Shown: positions 24,930 through 36,049 of the stretch, in pieces
How the letters are laid out: each line of letters opens with the position of its first letter
Numbering within the stretch: the first letter of the stretch is position 1
Assembly: GCA_024679065.1 (NCBI GenBank)
Contig: JAGIQG010000004.1
Location: forward strand, 41,292,001-41,356,000
Direction of reading: 5' to 3'
From: Sphyrna mokarran
Taxonomy: Eukaryota
DNA length: 64,000 bases
The notes under the pieces: generated by a model
What the model was told of the DNA's origin: nothing
Databases searched by the model: none
Seen by the model: the letters and a program-made list of their open reading frames with translations, nothing else
Translations under genes and position numbers: made by a program

Positions 24930-25170
24930 TGGGCTGGCTGGAGCCCATTGTTAATTGCAAAAGACAATTGTCCCCGAAATGGACGTGTTTTCGGGGTCGC
25001 AAGTCGGTGTAAAAGTTTGAAGATGATGGATATCCAAGCGACCTTCCACCTCACGGAAGAAAAGCCTACAGCACTTTCATTAATTGAAACATTCTCCCCA
25101 GTCGCTATTCTCGCCGGCCGGTAATTAGAGCAATACAGATAGCTCCGAGTGACGATTGGAAAACTTTGGT
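24930..25170. promoter_or_regulatory. Candidate conserved non-coding enhancer
   Basis: CATTGT Sox motif 24946-24951 abutting TAATTG, TGATGGAT 25024-25031, further TAATTG/TAATTA sites; CpG retained; non-repetitive. Confidence 0.45.
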
Positions 25171-25269
25171 GGATCTGAGGAGAGAGGCTGGTGTATGTAT
25201 CTGTGTGTGTGTCTCCCCAGTACACCCCCCCCCCCCCGGCACACGCACCCCCATGTCCCCAGCCACCAC

Positions 25270-25480
25270 CGCTGTAAGTCGTTGGTTAAACAAGTCCCCA
25301 ATTTCCATTTGTTAATTGATGCAATTACGCCCTGCTCGTAATGGGCACGCCAGTCTCCAGGCAGCCATCAATCACTCACCATTGACCTGTCAAAGCCATA
25401 TATTCATTTCTTTGGGGACCATTCTGGCTCTAATAGAGAAAAATGGATACATCATCGTCATTAATTAGTGGCTGGCCCTT
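25270..25480. promoter_or_regulatory. Candidate conserved non-coding enhancer (Pbx-Hox + Meis)
   Basis: CCATCAATCA (TGATTGATGG on the - strand, 25365-25374) 12 nt from CTGTCA (25387-25392), plus several TAAT cores, in unique sequence. Confidence 0.55.
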
Positions 25481-26339
25481 TGGCCATGGATCGGACGGTT
25501 TGAGGGAGAGAAAGGAGTCCGCTTGAAGACACCCCCCCCCCCCAAAAAATAAAACACTCCTATCCATTTTTCTTATGATGAATTGTGGCTGGCGAAAGAG
25601 GTGAAACAATTGCCACTCCTGGGTAACTGAAACACACACCTCCCTCGCTGCTAGTGTGTCAGTTTTACACTTTAATGCTTCTCCGCTCTGATTTCCAATT
25701 TTTGTTTGTTTGACGCCTTTAGAACTTTGCCTCTCAGTTCACGGCAGGAGAAAAGATGCGTCCTGATCTGTCACCAAACGAGTCCATCCCGACGAAAATG
25801 GTCCAAACGGCGTGCGGCCCACATTCTCCTACATACCAGTCGGACTGCATATATTCACCCGAATTCAAACTAAAGCTAAATAAGATGAATGATTGGTTTC
25901 AGGGGAGCGATACTGCTTTAGAAAGATAGCCACCGCTACGAACCTTGACTGCCTTCGAAACAAAGAGATTTGGGCTGATTAGAAACTTTAGTGGTGAAAT
26001 GACATTGGAAATCACTCAATCTGAAGATGTGGCAACGCGCAGAAAGAGATGCTTTAAGTCGTTCCATTGCAATGAAGTTAAAGGTGTTGAAATGTGCTGC
26101 ATGTTGAGTTAGAAAATCTTTCCAATACCTGAATCTCTGGAGTGGGTAAAACCACCCTTCAATTCGCCGAGGTTCCCTAGACATTGTTACATCTGTGACC
26201 TTTGAATTTCTGTATTTTTTTTGTTTGTGGGGGGGGGGGGGAGGTTGTAAAGTGACAACAAGGCTCCCAAAGTGCTTGAGGAGCCGCCTCAGTATGCACC
26301 AGAAAGGCAAGCTGCAAACATTGGAACAAGTTGGACGCA

Positions 26340-26520
26340 CCTAAGAATATTAGATGTTCAATGTGATTGGCAAAGACAATGTTATATCCTTGCTGTCATG
26401 TCGGCTTCGGGATTAATGTGACGTCACTTGGAGACTCTTCCAGGGATGAAATGCCGAAAAGGAGGCAAATAATAGCAGCAGCAGCCTCTGAATTCGCCAG
26501 CACTTCCGCTATGTCTTTTT
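26340..26520 (+). promoter_or_regulatory. Candidate Irx6 proximal promoter
   Basis: Reverse CCAAT (ATTGG 26366-26370), Sox-like ACAATG 26376-26381, Meis CTGTCA 26393-26398, palindromic CRE GTGACGTCAC 26418-26427 and ETS-like CACTTCCG 26501-26508, 250-400 nt upstream of the ATG. TSS not determinable from sequence. Confidence 0.5.
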
Positions 26521-26754
26521 AACCCTCTTCCAGCTAACTGTAATCGATAATGATGCCTTAAGATGAACACCGGTAAGCTTTGAACTGCCAGTAACTGGCG
26601 GCGCCTTCCCGTTTCTAAGTGGAATCATTTATTATTAAGCTAGAGAGCCATGCATGCAAATTTCCCTGGAAGAAGGCGCATTTTGAACTAGGTTTTGGTC
26701 GCAATCAATCAGGAAGAAACATTTTCCTGGTGGGTCAAAAAAAAACGCGCAGGG

Positions 26755-26799
26755 ATGTCGTTCTCGCAGTTCGGATACCCCTACAACGCCACTACACAG
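26755..26799 (+). CDS. irx6: Irx6 coding exon 1 ([15 protein letters not shown])
   Basis: ATG at 26755; typical Irx N-terminal peptide; donor CAG|GTAAGA at 26800. Too short for the ORF track. Confidence 0.92.
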
Positions 26800-29700
26800 G
26801 TAAGAAGTGCGAGAGCTAGGGGCATTCGTTGAACCTGCAACTCTGCGTTGTCCTGTATTTTTTTCCCCGCTGGTTCGTATTATTTTGGGAGGGGGTGGGG
26901 AGGGGGGAGAGTGGAGAGGAACTGTTTCACGTTCAGTTTGTATCTTATATCAATCCCCCCTCCCCCTCTCCCCTTCAACTTGCAGCCGCAATTTTCACAT
27001 TTCATGATTTATTTGTTGTCCCTATTGTTGAATACACAGATTGCCTCGATACTTTGCAAAAGAAAAAGACATCCACTCATCATTATTTGCTTCAATGTCA
27101 CACACCTACAAGTTCCCCAATCTCTGGCACTGTGTAAGGTCACTTGTTCATTGCACTGTCCCTTGACCATGTTGTAACATTATTCACTATATTGGCGACA
27201 TAGTTTTTTTTTCCCCAGGTGCTCATTGGTATCGTACTAGTTTGATTGCAATTTATTCCATCCTGCTCCTTCCCCATCACCACTCCAATTCCCCCAACTG
27301 CATCCTTTCACTATTATTCGCACTATCATTAATTCACTCGTTTTAGTGCCTTTTTAGCATTTTCCTGAGCGTATCCATGCATTTAAATACTTTTATCTTC
27401 CTCCCAGTCGCGAATCGCAAGGCTTTCTACATTTAGGTTCCTCTGCCTTGGCTCCTTAATTATTTACACTGTCTTATTTCTATAATTCCACCGCATAACG
27501 GTGCCACGTAAACTCTTTTACCCTACTTTATGTTGGCTTTGTCATCTATTTTCCATGCATTTGGCGTCAAGGCATTTCCACTGCTGCATCCGCCTCTGCA
27601 TTTTGCTGTTCTTTCTTTTTATATAATGTTTGACCTGCGTTCCGCTCAAATGACGGTCTTTCCCTCCTTCTCTTTCGTTCTTCTTCTCCCTCCAGTTTTT
27701 CGTGTCGGCCAGCCCCAGCGCGTCGTGTTGTGAGGCCGGCTCCAGATCTGAGGGCTCCGCCGGGCCGGCCCAGGCTGCAGTTTGCTGCCCGACTTCCTAT
27801 GATAACAGACTGCTGGCCAACGCCAGAACGGAGATTACCGCAGCTGCCGCGGCGCTGGGCATGTACAGCAGCACTCCCTATGCAAGTGCAGCCAGTCAGG
27901 GCTATGGGAACTACCTTACATACAGCACAGAGCCTCCTGCTCTCTACTCTTCACTGGTGAGTAACCTCTGGCCATCGATAAGGTTTTAGACCACCACCGT
28001 TCCTGTCTGGCGTTTGATCCGCTTACGTGTGAACTATGTTTTTTTTTAAAAAAAAACATAACTATTTTGTGTGTTCTGCTCTCTCCATCTCTGCCCTCCT
28101 GCAGAATTCACAGTACGATATTAAAGATGGCACTGGGAGTTTGCACACGGGAATCGCTCCACCAGCTGCCTACTACCCATACGATCACACATTGGGGCAG
28201 TACCAGTATGACAGGTAAGTTCACTGGTCAAAGAAATCATGCACATACCCCCCCCCCTCCCCCCGCACAACACCAATGCAATTGAGATAAATCGTTTTAT
28301 TTTATGATCTTTGATTTGATTTGATTTATTATGGTCACATGTAATGGGATACTGCGAAAAGTATTGTTTCTTGCTATACGGGCAAAACATACCATTCATA
28401 GAGTACATGGGGAGAAGAAAGAAGCCAATACACAATGTTGTGTACAGTCATAGCCAGGGTGCAGAAAAAGATCAATTTAATATATGGCAGGTCCATTCAA
28501 ATGTCTGATGGCAGCAGAGACTTGAGTTCTTGAGTCAGGTGGAGCGTGACCTCAGACTTTTGTATATTTCTGTGTCTTTTTTTGTATTTTTCTGGATCTG
28601 GAGTGAGATATATTGAGGTGTGGCCAGCCCCTCTCTGCTTTCAGTCTGTGCCATTTTCTTGCCTTGCGATGTAAAGGGGTAACAGGGCTTGGGTCTTCTT
28701 GGTGTTTGTAGGTGCGGTACCGTGGACTTCAACGGCGGCACCCGGCGCAAGAATGCGACCCGGGAGACCACCAGCACCCTGAAGACCTGGCTGTTCGAGC
28801 ACCGGAAGAACCCTTACCCCACCAAAGGCGAGAAGATCATGCTGGCCATCATCACCAAGATGACACTGACCCAAGTGTCCACCTGGTTCGCGAACGCCCG
28901 GAGGAGGCTGAAGAAAGAGAACAAGATGACCTGGTCACCCAGGAACAGAGGAGGAGAGGACAAGAAAGAGGAGAGCGAGAAAAAGGATGGCGAGGAACTT
29001 GGCACGGATAACACGCTCAAAGGTGGGACCTCACACACTCACAAACACTCTGCAATGCATTCTTCAAACAAGGTAGATTGTCGCGAGGAAAAGTTGTTGT
29101 CAAATAACTGATAAGTCGAAGATGGAATGTTTTTAGGGATTCAGATATCTAACACAACATACCAACGTATTGTGAGTTCTTTAGATAGCAGAATACAAGC
29201 CCATGTACTATCTGTCAGCACACTGTAGAGGGAAAACATTTGTTCTTATGGGATGGGGCATTACAAAAGTTTGATTGGAAATAAGTTACAGACACAAATA
29301 TCTTTGAATGTGCTCACAGATGAGAAAGAATGCAAAGAAGACAAAGAGTTGAGGCTGAGTGACCTGGACGATTTGGAAGATGATGAGTCGGGGAAACTTG
29401 GAAATAACCAAGAAAAGACAGCAAGTGACCTGGGTCCAAGGCGAAGTCTGGCGGAGTGCGAGGAAAGTGGCTGCAATGTGTCGCCTCGAAGCAACCAGCA
29501 CGCCTTCTCTGGCCCGATGAACAATTCCACCCTGAGGTCCGACTATCCGGCAACCCGAACGAATAAAGAGTCGGTGTCCATGGCGAGCAGCGGTGTCCCG
29601 CAGCGCTTTGGAGCGGCGGACCGGCCGAGGATTTGGTCTCTGGCGCACACGGCAGCCTCCAGTGCTCTGGTGGGGTGTCAGAGTGGGCAGAGCCGGACAG

Positions 29701-30521
29701 TGAGGTACTGCGCCGAGGTGAGGCCGTCCCAAGGCATGGTGAACCAAGTCGATGATATCATTTCTCTCCGAGACTCCTCACACGCAGCCCGCATTCTGAG
29801 AACTTCTGCCCTCAATTTGCAAACGCTTGTAGCCACGGGTCAGCTACACTGTGCTTCCTATCCTGCACTAGACAACTGCCAGTATACATCAGGGACTGAA
29901 GGTACCAGAACATTAACTGTCGCACCAGCTGTGTCTTAAAATGGTCAAAATGGCAGGAAATGTAGCTGAAAAGCAATATAGTAACAACCCAATACCCACC
30001 CAGCTCCTCACCTTTCCTTCAATGTCCCTAATGTGCTATTTTTAAAATGCCAATTAATTACACTGAACATTTCGTCTCTCTACCTGTGACTGTAACATGG
30101 AATGCACTCAGAAATATACACCAGTCAGACATAACCACCGATTTCAATCTTAACACTGTGGTACAAAACTGCTTTATCACTTAATATTTGGCACACTATC
30201 CTAGTCTAACCATCCACACAGAACATCTTGTTCCAGAAATGAACCAATTAGGGTTACACAGGATGCATCAATTTATATCTGTGTGTGTGTGTATGTTTTA
30301 TACTCTTCAATACGAAAGACAGATAGGTGACTTCTAAGTTGTTTTTTTATTCCCGAATAAAGTGATTACTAGACGTAAACGTGTGGTGAAACTGATTGTG
30401 TTTTTCAGGATTTTTGAGAAACGTGAAATCCGACACAGGCTCGGCGGATACGACCGAGACGTGCCTACTTCACCACGAAGGCAAAGTGAGAACTGCCTTC
30501 AGAGCTGTGCTAAAGAGGTGA
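26755..30521 (+). CDS. irx6: Iroquois homeobox protein 6, spliced CDS join(26755..26799,27696..27956,28105..28214,28712..29022,29320..29901,30409..30521); 1422 nt, 473 aa
   Basis: TALE homeodomain [64 protein letters not shown] box [12 protein letters not shown]-terminus [10 protein letters not shown]. All introns are GT-AG with consistent phases (0,0,2,1,1). GTVDFNG before the homeodomain, [10 protein letters not shown] after it and IWSLAHTA point to Irx6 rather than Irx4. Confidence 0.92.
27696..27956 (+). CDS. irx6: Irx6 coding exon 2 ([13 protein letters not shown]...ALYSSL)
   Basis: Long polypyrimidine tract plus CAG acceptor at 27693-27695; donor CTG|GTGAGT; 261 nt, phase 0-0; CCE and YDNRLL motifs of the Irx4/6 group. 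Confidence 0.92.
28105..28214 (+). CDS. irx6: Irx6 coding exon 3 (NSQYDIKDG...[15 protein letters not shown])
   Basis: Acceptor CCTGCAG|, donor AG|GTAAGT; YYPYD-x-LGQYQYDR motif typical of Irx4/6. Confidence 0.93.
28308..28570 (-). mobile_element. Rex1/Babar-type LINE 3' end in Irx6 intron 3
   Basis: (TTTGA)n tail followed by sequence matching 44070-44300 and the reverse complement of 41970-42215. Confidence 0.75.
28712..29022 (+). CDS. irx6: Irx6 coding exon 4 (TALE homeodomain)
   Basis: Acceptor TTTGTAG|, donor AAAG|GTGGGA; complete Iroquois homeodomain within ORF 28689..29111. Confidence 0.95.
29320..29901 (+). CDS. irx6: Irx6 coding exon 5 (acidic region and IRO box at 29622-29654)
   Basis: Acceptor CTCACAG|, donor GAAG|GTACCA; [14 protein letters not shown] acidic stretch and [11 protein letters not shown]. 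Confidence 0.9.
30409..30521 (+). CDS. irx6: Irx6 coding exon 6 ([11 protein letters not shown]...[11 protein letters not shown])
   Basis: Acceptor TTTTTCAG| in the phase required by exon 5; open to TGA 30519-30521; ends in an AF-x-x-V-x-KR motif resembling Irx C-termini. Confidence 0.78.
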
Positions 30522-31445
30522 GGTAAGTCGAAGTTAAAACTATCCACGCCCCTCACCCCAACACTCCCAATTCAGGAACGCCGTTTGGATTTCTGCGCGC
30601 AATTCAAGTCCTCGGGTAAGATGGCAGGATCCACTTAAATCCTTTAAATGATTCCAGCACGAATCCAAATGTGGATGAGCTCTCCTGAGTTTGAAAGTTG
30701 CTTCCAAAGTGACTGGCTCCGATTTTTTCCAAAAATAGATCTGGCTTCCTCACTGTGTGATTGTTAAAAAAAAAATCTAATCTTAGTTTCCAGCCACATT
30801 TTTCACTTATAATTCGATGTAGCCTGGTACATTTGTCGAACATTATCGGGGCAAATTGAAGTTTCTCATTAATGGACCATTGAGGATTTGTTGCGCCTTT
30901 TTTTTAATTATGTCGTATTTTCTTTAACACAATCAGGTTTGTTTAGAACAATATGCCGCGAAGCAAAGGGATGCTGCACAATCCTTTAATTTCTGCACTA
31001 GTGACTTGACAATACACTGGAGATGAAACAGGGGCCGTTTCTTAGAGCATTTGACTTTTCGAACGAATGCACTTGGATTGAACGGGCGGATCGCCACCAT
31101 GCTGCCGGAAAATCAGAAACGTCGCTTCCTATCGTTTTGTTTTGCCTTGCACGAACTTACTTGTTCTAAGTCGGGTGAGAAGAAGTGTCCAATAATCAGG
31201 GGAGGCCGCTGGGCTGTTATAGGAAATATACCTTATCATGAATATTAAAGCACTCGCTATCCCGCCGCACATATCATCTCCCTTTTTTATACAGTTTTAA
31301 TTGGAGAACTCTCTGCTTCCAGTTTACTCTTTAATTCAAAACTATTTTGCGTTTCACACAAATGATTATACTTGTTTACATTGGAGTTATCCCCATCCCT
31401 CTTCCCCTCCCCATCCGCTTTATTTTGTCGGTGCTGTGAAATGTG

Positions 31446-31451
31446 AATAAA
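31446..31451 (+). terminator. Candidate Irx6 polyadenylation signal
   Basis: AATAAA ~925 nt after the stop codon, followed by GT-rich sequence. Confidence 0.4.
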
Positions 31452-33861
31452 TTCCACTTGTCAAACCCATGTAAGGTGGTGATTGTGAAAACTGCAAACT
31501 CACGGTGACCTATTTGAAACGAAGGTATGTTTTATGCAAGTAAGTTAATCACACAAACCGCTGAAGCGCTCCATAGATATTGTGTTCCTGTAAGAAATAT
31601 TACCAGACGGCGAAATTAAAGGAAAAAAAGTTCACAGTGAGGGGGGGGAAGAACATTCTAACGATTTAATGGTTCCCTCAATTCTCAAGACAAGGAATAA
31701 GTACAGTCGAACCAATTTTGGAATTTGCTAACACACCAAACAAAAATTGTAAAACTACCCCAGCGCCAAGGAAATATTTTACAATTGCGATTGCAGTGCA
31801 CATTTATCAAAATCCGCTTTATTCGAGTTTGGGATCGGCAGTTCTTGAAGTTTTAACATACATTTTGCCAGGCTGTAAAATGTTCCTAATTGGCGAAACG
31901 CCAAGCGAATTATTCACAGCAAGTTAAAGCTCAATGAACGTTCACTGTGCGCTTATATACAAGAGAAGCAAAGCGACAACTTTCCCTGTTGTTGGCTACT
32001 AATTAGGGCTGACAGCACTGCTTGTATACTGTTCATTAGAATAAAACAGGGAGGACAGAATTAGGAGACTTCCTCTTTGTCCCTGCATGCAAAGAAAGTT
32101 GCAGCATTGTAGGGCGAACGCGTGCATTTATTGTGAGATTCTGCAAAGAGCAGATTTTCTTCTAGTTAACTGAAAGGACTCACAAAGATTTGCTTTTGAG
32201 ATTTAAGACCAAACGCGTAAAACACACACACACACTCGCATATAAATATCTATAGAGTCGCGATGAGCTAAAGCTGCACTGGCAATACACTCTGTAAAAT
32301 CTTCTGTTATAAACTGCATCAAAAATTGCAACTTACAAGTCGAACCATATAACTGTCGCTTATCCCCCCCAAAAGCATACGAGTTTCAAGAATTCCTCGT
32401 ACAACATCTTTACTAATTCCAACCAAACCTCATTACAATTATTATTTTAACAGAATCAAGTCTGGAATTGTGTCATTAACTATAATAAAAATGAAATTTC
32501 ATCAACTGTAATCCTTTGTAGGGAATGAATGATCCTATCTACTCTACAACTAAAGGGTCGAACTCACCAGAGAACATTACAAATAAATAATGGAAGATGT
32601 TGCAGCATTGCATTCTGGCGCACTTTTGCTGTGCAGCCTTGTCTATCTTTTCAAGTTTCCAGGTTTTACCTCAAGAAACTAAATGACGCGCGATGTGTGT
32701 GTGGGTCAGAGTGGAAATCGTGTATCGGTATATTGCGGAGTAAGTAAAACCGCATCAGAACAAATACATGATTTTTTTCTTGCTATTGCCATTTCCCACT
32801 CTGTAATCATAACAGTCTCTTAACAGTACGCGGCTGAGGTGAAAAGAGCTAAGAATTGAGAATTCTAGTGCAATGTGTTATAGCAAAAAGTGTATGGCAG
32901 GGAGATTTGAATTACACGAAATTAGCCCCATCCCCGGTATTTTAATAGATGCAGCGATTAAGTCAGTGTTGGGTTTCCCACATGATGAAGTAATCTTAAA
33001 TAGATAACATTTCACTTTCAAGCCTCCTGCTGTGACACTTGAGGGGCCGAAGTGCTCTTTTAATTAATACACGCTTTAATTTTTCTCTAAGATACAGATA
33101 TTTGTTACATGTGAACTGTAATTCTTCTTAATTTGCTCTGAAATATTCCACATTATAATATTACAATATACTCAATCCAAATAAAAACTATTCTAGAAGA
33201 TAGCATTCACTTGAGTTCACGTTTAATATTGTATTACAGTAACACAAATCATTGTGAACAATTATCACCGTTACTTTAAAACCCAAACGTGGATTTGAGC
33301 GAAAAAAACAAAGGACACAGATTTGATCAAGGTTTTGAAAGATTAAATACAACTCTAGTTTTATTGCATTTTACTTTGTTCTCAGTAATAAAGCCACCGA
33401 GCGTGTTTTCAGTAACCTTGGTGACTCGATGTTTACTGTTCTATAGCTTAGAGATGAATCCCACATCATATCTTCCTAATTTAAGATCTATACAGAATCA
33501 CAAATTCGTACATTTTTCTACCGTACAGGATTTGAGCTTTCTCTATGTCCTTACACATCCTCAGGTAATAAGTTTCGGGTTCGCTAGAATTTGGGTAAAG
33601 GCGGCAATCTTTAAAAGAGGATGTCGAAATGGCACGATATCTGATGCTGGGACTGACCCGGGGATTTCAGGCTGGGAAATTAAGCTGGCAAAAGATAAAC
33701 ATTATTTCAAGTCGGATTTGAAGGGGATTAGTTCATGTAATAAAGAGTATTAGTCTGATTCCGAGGCTTCTTGCAAGTTCTTGCGTGGGTTTGACACAGT
33801 GGGACGTGCACGGAATAAATATAACAACTTGCATCCCACCGCCCACCCCACACCAACCACC

Positions 33862-33862
<1 letters not shown>

Positions 33863-33901
<39 letters not shown>
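33863..33901. repeat. Poly-C homopolymer (39 nt)
   Basis: Directly visible. Confidence 0.9.
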
Positions 33902-36049
33902 ACAACCACTCGCCCTCCCTCTCCCGTATCTACATCACTATCATCACCCGTCGCCGTGTTTGCAGTAGGGTTTAGCCATGTAAAACTATTCCCAAGAAAC
34001 TCCCAACAGTGCGAAATGTTAGACATGCACGGGAAGCAAATGCAGGAATGCTTAATCTTGTTTGAAAGTTCCACCACCACCGACACATCTTTGCTGCTTA
34101 CACATCAACAACAGTTCAACAGGAGCATTTGGGAAGCACCGAGGTGGATTTGGGTTTTCCCTCATTTTGCCAGCTATTTGGTTGACCCTGAATTTGCCTG
34201 TGGTTAGGTCAGTCACCCCCACTGCCCCCTCCCACCCCCACGCCCTTGCAACCACTCAATGTGGACATGGTTTTAATTAACAATTGTACAGTTCATTTGT
34301 GGCCTTGTGGACTCAAGGAAGTTGTCTGCAGCAATTTTACTCAGAATCAAAATCTCCCATCTCCACAGTACAGATTTAATTTTAGCTAATGCTCCATTTA
34401 TACTGCCAAGTTCATGTTAATATGAATCAGCGCAGGGCCTTATTCCGTCATGTAAACTCCACTTTTAGAGGGAGATGATTGAATTGCAGGCTACTGATTT
34501 CTTTTAGGGTTCCTATAAAGGTCTGCATCAACTAACAACAAAAATTATTGCAACATAATAAGAATAGGGAATAGGGCCTGGGTGGGATTGTAGTTGGTAC
34601 AGATTTGATGGGCCAAATGACTTTTTTCTGTACTGTAGGGATTCTATGCACGACCATAACACTCATTTGAAAGATGTTCTGGGGCGTTGTCAGAGGTTGC
34701 TGATTTCTACTGAACAAGAAATTTTAAAATAATCTACATGCATAGAAATCACTGTGAGTAGGCCCCACGCACGCTTCCTTGAAAAAGGTCTCAGTAATTC
34801 TGGGACCAAACTCTACTGCAATTCCTAATCTCGCAACAAACTCACCATTGTGACATTAAACAGATTTCGGTCTCACTTTAAAAGGAGCTTTGATATCCTA
34901 TCTTGTTTCCAATTTTTAAAAAAGGCACCAGTGTTGTCACCTCTCACCACATGCATAATTATGTTTAAAACCTTAGAGGTCTGCAGCAATGTAAATACTA
35001 CTGACCCTGGACTGTTGCCCAGTGATTTCCTACTGAGGCAACTGTGGATTCCAACATAAGTACCTAAGTTAATATTACAACAGTAGTCTGATCCACTTAA
35101 AAGCACAATTGCCTGAACTGAACTGTAATCACACAGTATTTAAGTTTACCCATAGCTTGGTGTGCTCAGAAATAGTTTATATGTTAAGAACAAATTACAT
35201 TATCATTTGACACTCCATGCCAGCGTAAATAGAAGGAGGTATTGATGAAGGGTTTTAAACTGTTTCTAACTATTTTACGAGAACAAATATATAAAATAGA
35301 ATCATAGTAGAATAGTTGCAGCACTGAAGGAATCTATTTGGCCCATTATCACCCTGCCAGCTCTCTGCAAGAGCAACTAAGCTAATTCTATTCCTCTGTC
35401 TATCACTATCATCTTGCTGTAATTTCTCTTCCAAGAAGGATCTGCTTCCCTTTTCAAAGCCATGATTGGACTTGGAACAGCCACATTCTTAGGAAATGCA
35501 GTCCAGATCCTAACTACTCACTCATGAGTTCCTTTCATCGTGGCTGTTCTTGTTCTTTTACCAATCACCTTAAATTAGTATCCTCTGGTTCTCAAACTTG
35601 CAAACAATAGCAACAACCTTTCTTTATCTACTCTGTCCAGATGAACACCTCAATCAAATCTCTTTGCAATCTTCTCAAAGAAAAGCAGCCTGAGCCTTGC
35701 CAACTTCTGCACATAACTGAAGTCTCTCATCCCTGGAACCATTCTTATGAAGCTTTTCTGAACCTTCGCCAATTCCTTTACATCTTTCCTAAAGTGTGGT
35801 GCTCAGAATTGGACACAATAACCAGAATTCTCCTACCTTGTCCGCAGCTTCAGTTCTGCTGCAGTGAATGGAGATTCGGTTGAGCACCAAACTCTTTGTT
35901 CTCACTGGCAGTGATAGTGAGGTGTGCAAGATTGGAGAATTTTGATCTGTACTTCCGTTGAGGCTCAAACACTCTTTTACAAAGGTTCACCATCACCTCC
36001 TTGCTTTTGTAATCTAAACATTTTTCTATAAAGTCTGAGATTTTTTTTG

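Noticed and set aside
28535-29747. Antisense and alternative-frame ORFs over exons 4-5
   Set aside because: Shadows of the GC-rich Irx6 coding sequence; no independent evidence.
29253-29939. 228-aa ORF as a stand-alone gene
   Set aside because: It is exon 5 of Irx6 plus intronic read-through on both sides.
26755-30521. Assignment to Irx4
   Set aside because: Residues flanking the homeodomain and the post-homeodomain ELRLSDL segment fit Irx6 better; a phylogeny or synteny check would settle it.
33733-34207. Poly-Pro / poly-Gly ORFs
   Set aside because: Produced by the poly-C homopolymer.
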